Positions 1 through 8,029 of a stretch of DNA of 38,114 nt are shown piece by piece. The notes beneath the pieces were generated by a model, which did not search any database, had not been told where the DNA came from, and saw only the letters and a program-made list of their open reading frames with translations. The position numbers and the translations under genes were made by a program. Each line of letters begins with the position of its first letter. Within the stretch, counting starts at the first letter, position 1. The stretch is taken from positions 1 through 38,114 of the forward strand of contig CAYOFK010000004.1 in the NCBI GenBank assembly GCA_964403185.1, given 5' to 3'. The DNA is from an uncultured Rikenellaceae bacterium. GTDB taxonomy: Bacteria; Bacteroidota; Bacteroidia; Bacteroidales; VadinHA17.

Positions 1-52
1 ATTCCTGCTTTCGCAGGAATGATATGTAATCTGACTTTTGAGACAGCCCCTT
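1..52. repeat. Right part of a MITE/REP-like intergenic repeat, cut by the window edge; identical copy at 31580-31631
   Basis: By direct comparison, 52 of 52 nt match 31580-31631, and identity breaks at 53/31632. Contains the perfect hairpin ATTCCTGC-TTTC-GCAGGAAT (1-20) and the arm CTTTTGAGACAGCCCC (35-50). Confidence 0.8.
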
Positions 53-141
53 ATTCACATTGAACCCCTTCAGGGTTTGATTCTTACCAGAATCCAGTTC
101 CTTCAAAAGGATACAGATCTGCCTGATGCACTTCGGCCTTA

Positions 142-3100
142 TTACTTATTACTTCCCTTTGCAAACCCTTTCAGCAAACAGAGGTATGCATCTTCCAGCA
201 ACGGTGTCACATTAACAGCAGACGGATAGGGTTTTTCTTTTGATATGATCCTTACACTGATCTCATCACCATCAAGCATATGTTGCACAACCATTTGTTT
301 GTTTTCGAGTGCATCAAATTCTGCAGCCGGTATTTTGAACTGCCACACAAATTTTTCTGCCAGTTTGGTCATCTCCTGAGGTATTCCGGTATATTTCACT
401 TCCCCCTTATCAAGGACAGCCACCAGGTTACAGGAACTGGAAATGTCTTCGATAATATGTGTTGAGAACAATACGATGCGGTCGCGGCTCAATTCAACCA
501 GCATGTTACGGAACCGTATCCGTTCACGGGGATCCAGTCCGGCAGTAGGCTCATCCACAACAAGAATTCTTGGCAGGTGCAGCAGTATCTGTGCAATCCC
601 AATACGTTGTTTCATACCCCCGGAATAAGATCCGATCTTTTCGTTCCGTCGCTCATATATGTGTACTGATTTCAGGACATGCTCCAGTCTTTTCTTCCGG
701 GTTTCACTGTTTGAAATGCCCTTCAGGATGGCCTGGTAATCTAAAAACTCCCAGGCTGTAAGGTGTTCGTACGTACCAAACTCCTGGGGCAAATAACCGA
801 TCTGCCCCTGCAATTCCTCCCGTTTTTCAAGCGTGTCAATACCATTGATCCATATCTTTCCATAGCTTTGATCCAGGATGCCACAGATGATCCGCATCAT
901 GGTGGATTTGCCGGCGCCATTCGGACCCAGAAGTCCGAACATTCCGGCACCAATATCGAAAGACACCCCGTTGAGGGCTTTAAATGGCTGACGGCGCTTT
1001 CCAATCAGGGGAATTTGCTTAACCAGGCGCAATAAACGCCGGCGCAAGATTCCAAAACGACCCGAAATTCTTTCAATATTCACATGTTCCCTATACAATC
1101 TTTCCGCCGTCCTGTTTACTATCAGGGCCAATAACCACAGCACTCCCACCACGATCACCATACCTATATTCTTCCACATCTGCGAGAAGATATAGAAATT
1201 GATGAGAGGAATGCCCCAGTATAAAATCCCGGACAAGTATTTATCAACATTCTTAATAACTGATTTGCCCTGTTTATGGGTGAACTTTGACAGAACAATT
1301 CCGATGGGTTTGTATAAAAGAAGAATATAGAGATAGGTAATTATAGACCCGATTACGATCCAAAAGTCAGATTGCAGGAAAAAGTAGGTGAAATAGGTCA
1401 GGAATCCAAGCAGTGGCAATTGCCATATAAAATTATTATAATCGCTGATCTTGTTGTACTCCTTTTCCAGGCCGGCCCGTTGCCTGATGGCAATTCCTCC
1501 TTTCCATTCCCTGACCACCCTTGGATCTCTCTCATAGATCTTTACAAGCCTCTGGATCTTAATACGGATGGTTTCATCAGGGGCAATAAGTTTGGTGCTG
1601 GCTCTTCTCAGGCTGGTAAGAAAAAACCAGGCTGATCCAGGGATCAGTATGATCATCAGAACAAACAAGATCATCCTCCATAAAAAGGAATCCACTCCGG
1701 TGACCACCAGGTATCCACCAAGAACAAATGCTGCAATTTGCAGGATAATTACTTTCAGGTCGAGAGATTTGAACCAGGAAATTGCATTTTCCATGCCGAA
1801 AAAGAAAGTCGGGATAAATACCAGTGTAAAGACTGTGCTCAATGACAGGCCTCCGATTACCGTAATGGCAAAGGGCGCTCCGATGATGCTAACATATTCG
1901 GCCTGACCCATGGCAAGGGGGATCATGGCCACAATGGTGGTAATGGCTGTGATCAGAATGGGCCTCACCCGGGATAAACCTGAAACCATCAGGGCACGGG
2001 TCATACGGTAGCCTCTTTTTCGTAAAATGTTGGCATAATCGATAAGCAGGATGCTATTATTAACCACGATTCCAATCAGGATGAGGAACCCGGTGAGTGT
2101 ATTGGCATTCAGCAGGCTGTTGCCCGTCAATATCAGAGCAATAAAGGAACCAACTGCAGCCAGTGGAATTGAAAACATTAAGACAAGAGGTGTGGTAAAC
2201 GACTCAAATACCGAAGCCAGGATCATATATATCAGGATAAAGGCCGCTAAGATGAGGAATTTAAATTCTGCCAGCTCATCTTCTTCATGGATCACCTCCA
2301 CAGCCACACCTGATGGCAGATTATAGGCCGCAACGATATCATCAATTTCAAGACGGTAGGCCTCCAGAAGATCTTTGGAATCCTCTGCTTCGGAAATAAA
2401 TGAGTAGTTTATCTCGATCTGTTTTTCCTGATCGACCCTGTTGATCCTCCTTAAGCCGTCAGCATACACAATATCTGCAATGGTTTGCAGCGCATGGGTG
2501 CCTCCACTCTGATCATAAACAGGCAATGCTCTGAGGTCTTCAATGGTCTTGTCACTTTCCCCCTGGATAGTGTCAGTATTCTCCTTTATGATGATGTCAT
2601 ATTCATCGGTTCCCTGTTTAAAGGTCATGCCGGAAGAAAATTCCCTGGAAAAAGAACCGAGTTCCGTACTGATGGCATTGAGTGTAATCCCGTATTCAGT
2701 CATCAGCACCTGGTCGAAAAAAAGGTGGATTTCCGGTTGATTGTTGGATACATTTACCGAAACCCTCCGGATGGATTCCAACTCATCAATAAAGTACCTG
2801 ATATCCTCAGCCACACCCTCCATTACTCCAAAATCATCTCCTTTTATAACGATCCGTTCACTACTGCTTCCCATTCCCAGCATGCGTTCAAAGCTTTGGG
2901 CTGTTTTACTGCCCGATGATCCCCTGAAACTATTACCCGATGTTGGTTGGGTCAGACTGATCTCAGCGTTGGCAATGGATTCCATTGATCCTTCCACTTC
3001 CGATTTTATATCCTCAAGTTTGCGTTCAGAAGTTTTTTTATAGTCTTCCTTCAATCGAACGGTTACAATGGCCTCTTCTTCCTGGACCTGGGAAATTACA

Positions 3101-4866
3101 TCCTGTTTTTCTTCCAGGTTTTCGAGTTGTTCTTCGATCTTTTGCACAACAAGATCGGTCGTCTCAAGGTTGGAACCGGATGGCATTGTAGCATAAATTT
3201 TAAATTCTTCTGTTTCCACCTCTGACAAGGAGGTGACATTTATGGAAAGGGCAATAAATACGGCGATAAAAAAGAATACCACGGCGCCAATAATGGTCCT
3301 TGCCGGGAATCTCATGCTGGTTTTCAGTACGAGAATATATATTTGAACAATGCGGTTACTTGTGGTTACTTTCTCATAGAAAATATTCTTGTCGCGTCCC
3401 CGTTTAAGGTAGTAATGAGCCGCCATGGGAATAAACAAAAGGGCCACCAATAAGGAGACCAGGAGGGTTGAAACAATGGATACACCCACCTGCAGGCCAT
3501 ACAGTTTCACAAGAAAATTGGAAGTAAATACAAAGGGCAGGAAAATGACTACGGTGGTTAAGGTTGCTGCAAAAATGGCTCGCCAAACCTCTTTCGTCCC
3601 CTTGTTTATGGCCGATTCCGGATCGAATCCGCCGGCAGATAAGCGGTAAATGTTTTCCAGTACAACCACCGAATTGTCCAGCAGCATCCCCACCGCCAAC
3701 GCAATTCCAACAAGGGTCAGGCTGTTGATGGTAACTCCGGTTGCATAAAAGAAGTTAAAGGCGGTAAAAACAGATATGGGAATGGCCAGTGCAACAATAG
3801 AAACGATGCGCAGATTCTTAAGGAACACCCACAAAACGAATATGGCCAGCAGCCCCCCGATCAGCGCCAGGTTAATGATCTGGTTGATATTCCGTTCCAT
3901 GGATTCAGCCACGCTTGACTGCACAACAATTTCAATATCCTGGCTTTTATATTTTTCATTAAGCCTGTCTATCTGGTTCTGTGTTTTCCGTGACAATTCA
4001 ATCAGGTTGGCCCGGGCATCATTAACCAGAAGGACCGTGATGGCATTTTTACCATTAACCCTGCTATATGAAGTTTCTTCTTTGACCCCAAAGAAAACTG
4101 TAGCAATATCCTTTAATAATACGGATCCTGATCCGACTGCAATATTTTCTATTTCGCTGATGTTAGAATATTCAGCACTGACATTAACGAAGTAACGCTT
4201 TCCTGAATCTGTTATGTATCCTGCAAATGATTTTTCCAGGGCATTTCTTCGCAAGGCATTCTGTATTGTAGCGGGTGTAATATCATAGGCCTGGCATGCA
4301 TCCATATTCAGCCTGATCTCAATGGACTTGGTCCGGCCACCATACACATTTGCCGAGGCAATGCCATCAATATTCTCAAATTCAGTTTTAATTTTCTGAT
4401 CAACCAGTGTCCGTACCCTGTCGATATCTCCCCCTCCCCGGACCTGAAGTTCCATAAACTGGTTGCTCAGACTTGCCAAATCCACCTTGGATACAAATAT
4501 CTGGAAATTTTCCGGGATGGTTGATCTGGCAATGTCAACCTTTTCCTGGAGTTTCAGATAGGCATATTTAAAATTCACATTTTGCCGGTAGCTGACAATG
4601 ATCTGGGTGGACCTTGAGCTGATAAAGGATTCTATACTTTCGATTCCTTCAAGAGTACCGATGGCACCTTCCAGCGGAATGACCGCCTGGTTTTCCATAT
4701 AATCCGGATCGACTTCAACAGGTGAAGATATACGGATGAAAAGGATGGGCAGCTCAGCATTTGGATACAACTCTACAGGTAAATTCTTATAGGACACCAC
4801 TCCCAACAGGGACAGGCCTATAAACAACATGCTGATCAGAATTTTTCTATGAATTACCAGCTTCAT
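142..4866 (-). CDS. RND (AcrB-like) efflux permease fused C-terminally to a six-TM segment and a complete ABC-transporter ATP-binding domain (1574 aa)
   Basis: Uninterrupted ORF with ATG at 4866-4864 and stop at 144-142. aa 1-~1035 (nt 1762-4866) have an RND layout: an N-terminal TM, two large periplasmic loops, TM4 motif GMLLDNSVVVLENIYR and TM11 motif SRVRPILITAITTIVAMIPLAMG. aa ~1036-1255 (nt 1102-1761) carry six extra hydrophobic segments. aa ~1256-1574 (nt 145-1101) form an ABC NBD with Walker A GPNGAGKST (901-927), Q-loop GYLPQE, signature YSGGMKQR, Walker B ILVVDEPTAGLD (Glu codon 550-552) and H-loop FSTH. Confidence 0.85.
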   Translation of the reverse strand: MKLVIHRKILISMLFIGLSLLGVVSYKNLPVELYPNAELPILFIRISSPVEVDPDYMENQAVIPLEGAIGTLEGIESIESFISSRSTQIIVSYRQNVNFKYAYLKLQEKVDIARSTIPENFQIFVSKVDLASLSNQFMELQVRGGGDIDRVRTLVDQKIKTEFENIDGIASANVYGGRTKSIEIRLNMDACQAYDITPATIQNALRRNALEKSFAGYITDSGKRYFVNVSAEYSNISEIENIAVGSGSVLLKDIATVFFGVKEETSYSRVNGKNAITVLLVNDARANLIELSRKTQNQIDRLNEKYKSQDIEIVVQSSVAESMERNINQIINLALIGGLLAIFVLWVFLKNLRIVSIVALAIPISVFTAFNFFYATGVTINSLTLVGIALAVGMLLDNSVVVLENIYRLSAGGFDPESAINKGTKEVWRAIFAATLTTVVIFLPFVFTSNFLVKLYGLQVGVSIVSTLLVSLLVALLFIPMAAHYYLKRGRDKNIFYEKVTTSNRIVQIYILVLKTSMRFPARTIIGAVVFFFIAVFIALSINVTSLSEVETEEFKIYATMPSGSNLETTDLVVQKIEEQLENLEEKQDVISQVQEEEAIVTVRLKEDYKKTSERKLEDIKSEVEGSMESIANAEISLTQPTSGNSFRGSSGSKTAQSFERMLGMGSSSERIVIKGDDFGVMEGVAEDIRYFIDELESIRRVSVNVSNNQPEIHLFFDQVLMTEYGITLNAISTELGSFSREFSSGMTFKQGTDEYDIIIKENTDTIQGESDKTIEDLRALPVYDQSGGTHALQTIADIVYADGLRRINRVDQEKQIEINYSFISEAEDSKDLLEAYRLEIDDIVAAYNLPSGVAVEVIHEEDELAEFKFLILAAFILIYMILASVFESFTTPLVLMFSIPLAAVGSFIALILTGNSLLNANTLTGFLILIGIVVNNSILLIDYANILRKRGYRMTRALMVSGLSRVRPILITAITTIVAMIPLAMGQAEYVSIIGAPFAITVIGGLSLSTVFTLVFIPTFFFGMENAISWFKSLDLKVIILQIAAFVLGGYLVVTGVDSFLWRMILFVLMIILIPGSAWFFLTSLRRASTKLIAPDETIRIKIQRLVKIYERDPRVVREWKGGIAIRQRAGLEKEYNKISDYNNFIWQLPLLGFLTYFTYFFLQSDFWIVIGSIITYLYILLLYKPIGIVLSKFTHKQGKSVIKNVDKYLSGILYWGIPLINFYIFSQMWKNIGMVIVVGVLWLLALIVNRTAERLYREHVNIERISGRFGILRRRLLRLVKQIPLIGKRRQPFKALNGVSFDIGAGMFGLLGPNGAGKSTMMRIICGILDQSYGKIWINGIDTLEKREELQGQIGYLPQEFGTYEHLTAWEFLDYQAILKGISNSETRKKRLEHVLKSVHIYERRNEKIGSYSGGMKQRIGIAQILLHLPRILVVDEPTAGLDPRERIRFRNMLVELSRDRIVLFSTHIIEDISSSCNLVAVLDKGEVKYTGIPQEMTKLAEKFVWQFKIPAAEFDALENKQMVVQHMLDGDEISVRIISKEKPYPSAVNVTPLLEDAYLCLLKGFAKGSNK

Positions 4867-4887
4867 GTCCTTTCCCGGGGTCTATTG

Positions 4888-7800
4888 TTACACTTCTTTT
4901 TTTTCAGAACTGGAAAATACAAACCGCAATCTGTCCAGGACATCATATACGCAGGGGATCACGATCAGGGTCAATAAAGTAGAGGTTACCAGGCCCCCGA
5001 TCACAGCCAGAGCCATAGGGGACCGCAGGGATGCACTTTCACCAAAACCAAAGGTAAGTGGCAGCAAAGCCAGTATAGTAGTGAGACTTGTTATAACGAT
5101 CGGTCTGATCCGCTGTTGGCCGGCCTGTATGATCGCATCCAGGCGTTGCATTCCTTCCTGGCGCAACTGATTGATCCTGTCAACCAGGATGATGGAATCG
5201 TTTACCGCAATTCCGGCGAGCATAATGATGCCGATAATGGCCATAATATTCAGGGGCCTTCCCATGAAAAAGAACAAAAAAATGGTCCCCACAGCAGCCA
5301 GGGAAATGGTTAGCAATATGGTGAACGGATGGATCAGTGATTCGAATTGTGAAGCCAGTACCATATATACCAAAACCAGGGATAAGATCAATGCAAATTT
5401 CAAGTTATTCATCGACTCCTTTCGTTTTTCTTCCTCTCCGGTCACAGTGATACTGTAGTTTTCAGGCAGCACCAGGGAACTAACCCGGGTCTCGATTTGT
5501 TGTGCAATTTTATCCAGGGCAATGCCCGTTTCCATCTGGGCCATTACTTTCCCTATCCTGTTCTGATTGCGTCTGAATATTTCTTTCGGGGATACCGAAG
5601 ATCTGATCCTGGCGACTTCATCGAGTCGTATTACTTCATTACCATTCACGATGATCATATCATTCAGGTCGGAAAGTATTTTTTCAGGAATCCGTAATAC
5701 AATGCGGGTTAATTCGCCGTCCTTTTCCATGTCACCGGCATCTTTGCCTTCCAGTTGATCCTGTATCTGAGTGATTATTGTAGAAACATCTAAATTGTAC
5801 AGGCCGGCCCGCATTCGATCCACAACAATTTCCACTTCGGGAGATCCACCTTCAATAGTGGTTTTTACATTATATATCCCGGACATTCCGGCCAGAATCT
5901 CTTTGACCTGCAATGTCAGGTCCTCGATCACATTCAGGTCTTCTCCCCTGACTTCAACCACCAGGGGTGCTTCTTCGGTCCCCAGGATGCTATTTAAGGC
6001 CGATTCGTTCTGAACAAAGCTGAACTCCACTCCGGGAATACTGTCGGTTAAGCTGCTGATAGCCCTGATGACCTCAAGTGAAGAATAGTTAGATTCCGGA
6101 TTCAGGTTGACCTTGATATTTCCGGTATTCTCGCCTTTAAAGACCGCCTGGATATCTCCCGACAAATTGCTTTCCGCTCCGGCATGACTATAGATAGACA
6201 CCATGTGGTCACCCAGGAGTTCCGTGATTATTTCCTCAAGATTTCTAATGGCCGAAGCCGTTCTGTTCAGGTGGGTTCCTTCGGGCATCTTTACTTCAAT
6301 ATCAAATTCATGGGTGCCGGTTTTGGGCATAAATTCCGTTCCGATCCCGGTGAGCAGGTAGAATGACACCCCCACAAGAGCTGCCGATAAAACTATGACC
6401 AGCCATTTTCTGAGGAGAACCTGACCAAGAAAGTTTCCATAGGCATTAAATGTAACAGACCGTTTAGCTACCGGAGCTGAACGTTTCCCATAGATCAGGT
6501 GGTACAACACAGGGATAAGAAAAATGGCCACGAACAAGGACGACAGAAGTGAAAATGTTACGGTCCATGCCTCATCTTTAAAAAGTTCACCGGATGCTCC
6601 ATGCAGGTAAACAATGGGAAGGAACACCACTATTGTGGTAATGGTGGATGCCGTGATGGCCCCGCCAACCTGGGCTGTTCCCTGTACGATGGCCTCCTTC
6701 ACCGGCATTCCGCTTTCATGGTTTCTGAATATATTCTCAATAACAATAATGGCATTATCCACCAGCATGCCTGCACCCAGGGCCAGTCCCCCAAGGGTCA
6801 TAATATTAATGGTCAGGTGCCCGAAATACATCAGGTTGAATGTAGCGATGATGGACACAGGAATGGCAGTACTTACTATTAAGGTTGTTCCAAAGCGCCT
6901 GAGGAAAAGGAAAAGCACAAATACCGCCAGCACCACCCCCAGTATTGCAGTGTTTTTAACCTCATTAATGGAATTATCAATATAGGTGCCCTGGTCTGAA
7001 ACAACGGTCAGGTCATAGCCCGGCAGGGCTTTTTCAATTTCCACCATCGATTCTTTTATCTGATCAACGGCTTTTACTGTATTAAACCGTGTTTCTTTAA
7101 AAACGGACAGGCCGATACATCTTGCCCCGTTCAGCCGGACGATATTTGCAGGTTCTTTATTTGAAAAACGAATCTCCCCCACCTCTTTCAGAAAAATTGG
7201 GGCATATCCCTGATTTGAAGATGTGGGTTCCCCCACGGAGGCTTCAACGGGTTTATAGCCGACAATTATAGTACCCAGGTCTTCAACTTCTTCAATAATA
7301 CTCACACCTTTAATAATGTACTGCATTCCCATTTCAGTAATGGATCCGCCGGAAATATTCCGGTTAAAGTTTTGTATTTTTTGACTTATTTCATCCAGAG
7401 TCAGGTCAAAAGCATCCAGTTTGTACTGGTTTGTTAAGAACACCACTTCTCCCTCTTCCTGTCCGGACAACTCAACTTCTGCCACACCTTCCAGGCGAAC
7501 CAGTTTATTCCTGATATAGGTCTCAGCCACTTTCCTCAGTTCATTCATATCGGTGATGTCCTGGTGTGTTAATCCGATGAGCATTACCGGCGCTGTGTTG
7601 GGATCATGCTGGGTAATATTGATCTCATCGATTTCAAGGTTTTGGCTCAAGGCATTCAGCTCTTTCTGTAAGTCCAGAAAAGCTTCATCCATATCTTTGT
7701 TCCAGACATATTCAACGGTTATCTGGGCAGAGCCATTCCGGGATATTGAAGAAACCTGGATTACATCGCTTTGGCGTATGGCCAGGGCCTCAATATTTTC

Positions 7801-7995
7801 AACGAATTGTTTTTCCATTTCCTCAGGAGGCCGTTCGCCGGATAGTATTTCAACAAAAATGCGTGGATTATTCAGGTCAGGAAACAGATCAACGCCCAGT
7901 TTTCCATAAGAAATGATTCCCAGGAGGATGATCGCCAGAACAACCATAAAGATTGTTACGGGATAATTGACTGCAAATTGTACAAGTTTCTTCAT
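4888..7995 (-). CDS. Efflux RND transporter permease subunit (AcrB/HAE-like), unfused paralog
   Basis: ~1035 aa with a typical RND N-terminus (MKKLVQFAVNYPVTIFMVVLAI), TM4 GMLVDNAIIVIENIFR, TM10 AGIAVNDSIILVDRINQL and TM11 QRIRPIVITSLTTILALLPLTFG. I prefer the ATG at 7995 over the TTG at 8025 given in the ORF track. It ends 21 nt before the next gene. Confidence 0.9.
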   Translation of the reverse strand: MKKLVQFAVNYPVTIFMVVLAIILLGIISYGKLGVDLFPDLNNPRIFVEILSGERPPEEMEKQFVENIEALAIRQSDVIQVSSISRNGSAQITVEYVWNKDMDEAFLDLQKELNALSQNLEIDEINITQHDPNTAPVMLIGLTHQDITDMNELRKVAETYIRNKLVRLEGVAEVELSGQEEGEVVFLTNQYKLDAFDLTLDEISQKIQNFNRNISGGSITEMGMQYIIKGVSIIEEVEDLGTIIVGYKPVEASVGEPTSSNQGYAPIFLKEVGEIRFSNKEPANIVRLNGARCIGLSVFKETRFNTVKAVDQIKESMVEIEKALPGYDLTVVSDQGTYIDNSINEVKNTAILGVVLAVFVLFLFLRRFGTTLIVSTAIPVSIIATFNLMYFGHLTINIMTLGGLALGAGMLVDNAIIVIENIFRNHESGMPVKEAIVQGTAQVGGAITASTITTIVVFLPIVYLHGASGELFKDEAWTVTFSLLSSLFVAIFLIPVLYHLIYGKRSAPVAKRSVTFNAYGNFLGQVLLRKWLVIVLSAALVGVSFYLLTGIGTEFMPKTGTHEFDIEVKMPEGTHLNRTASAIRNLEEIITELLGDHMVSIYSHAGAESNLSGDIQAVFKGENTGNIKVNLNPESNYSSLEVIRAISSLTDSIPGVEFSFVQNESALNSILGTEEAPLVVEVRGEDLNVIEDLTLQVKEILAGMSGIYNVKTTIEGGSPEVEIVVDRMRAGLYNLDVSTIITQIQDQLEGKDAGDMEKDGELTRIVLRIPEKILSDLNDMIIVNGNEVIRLDEVARIRSSVSPKEIFRRNQNRIGKVMAQMETGIALDKIAQQIETRVSSLVLPENYSITVTGEEEKRKESMNNLKFALILSLVLVYMVLASQFESLIHPFTILLTISLAAVGTIFLFFFMGRPLNIMAIIGIIMLAGIAVNDSIILVDRINQLRQEGMQRLDAIIQAGQQRIRPIVITSLTTILALLPLTFGFGESASLRSPMALAVIGGLVTSTLLTLIVIPCVYDVLDRLRFVFSSSEKKEV

Positions 7996-8029
7996 TGGAT
8001 TACCTGATGATGGTTTCCGGAGCAAGCAA

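Noticed and set aside
38-229. 63-aa plus-strand ORF at the window start, and the similar 88-aa ORF at 31403-31669 (…LWIPAFAGMICNLTFETAPL…)
   Set aside because: Both read straight through the hairpin repeat modules and overlap the 3' ends of strong minus-strand genes. The shared peptide only reflects the 52-nt repeat. They have no start context and no family resemblance.
1531-1575. Segment ETIRIKIQRLVKIYERD (aa 1098-1114 of the fusion) looks like the first beta-strand of an ABC NBD. That would mean the NBD is split by a ~190-aa four-TM insertion.
   Set aside because: A better first strand, HVNIERISGRFG (aa ~1261-1272), lies right next to …FKALNGVSFDIGAGMFGLLGPNGAGKS, with a spacer of a length seen in some ABC ATPases. 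The simpler reading is a contiguous NBD preceded by six TMs. Only a structure prediction could revive the split-NBD idea.
4867-4887. Possibility that the two RND genes are one gene split by a frameshift
   Set aside because: The upstream ORF ends with a normal RND C-terminus (…VIPCVYDVLDRL…) and a TAA. The downstream ORF begins with a complete RND N-terminus (MKLVIHRKILISMLFIGLSLLGVVSYKNLPVELYP). These are two full-length paralogs.
8023-8025. ORF-track TTG starts at 8025 (RND) and 10622 (TolC)
   Set aside because: In-frame ATGs a few codons downstream (7995; 10613 or 10598) give N-termini that look like family-typical starts or signal peptides. The TTG codons are probably just the ORF-finder's longest extension.
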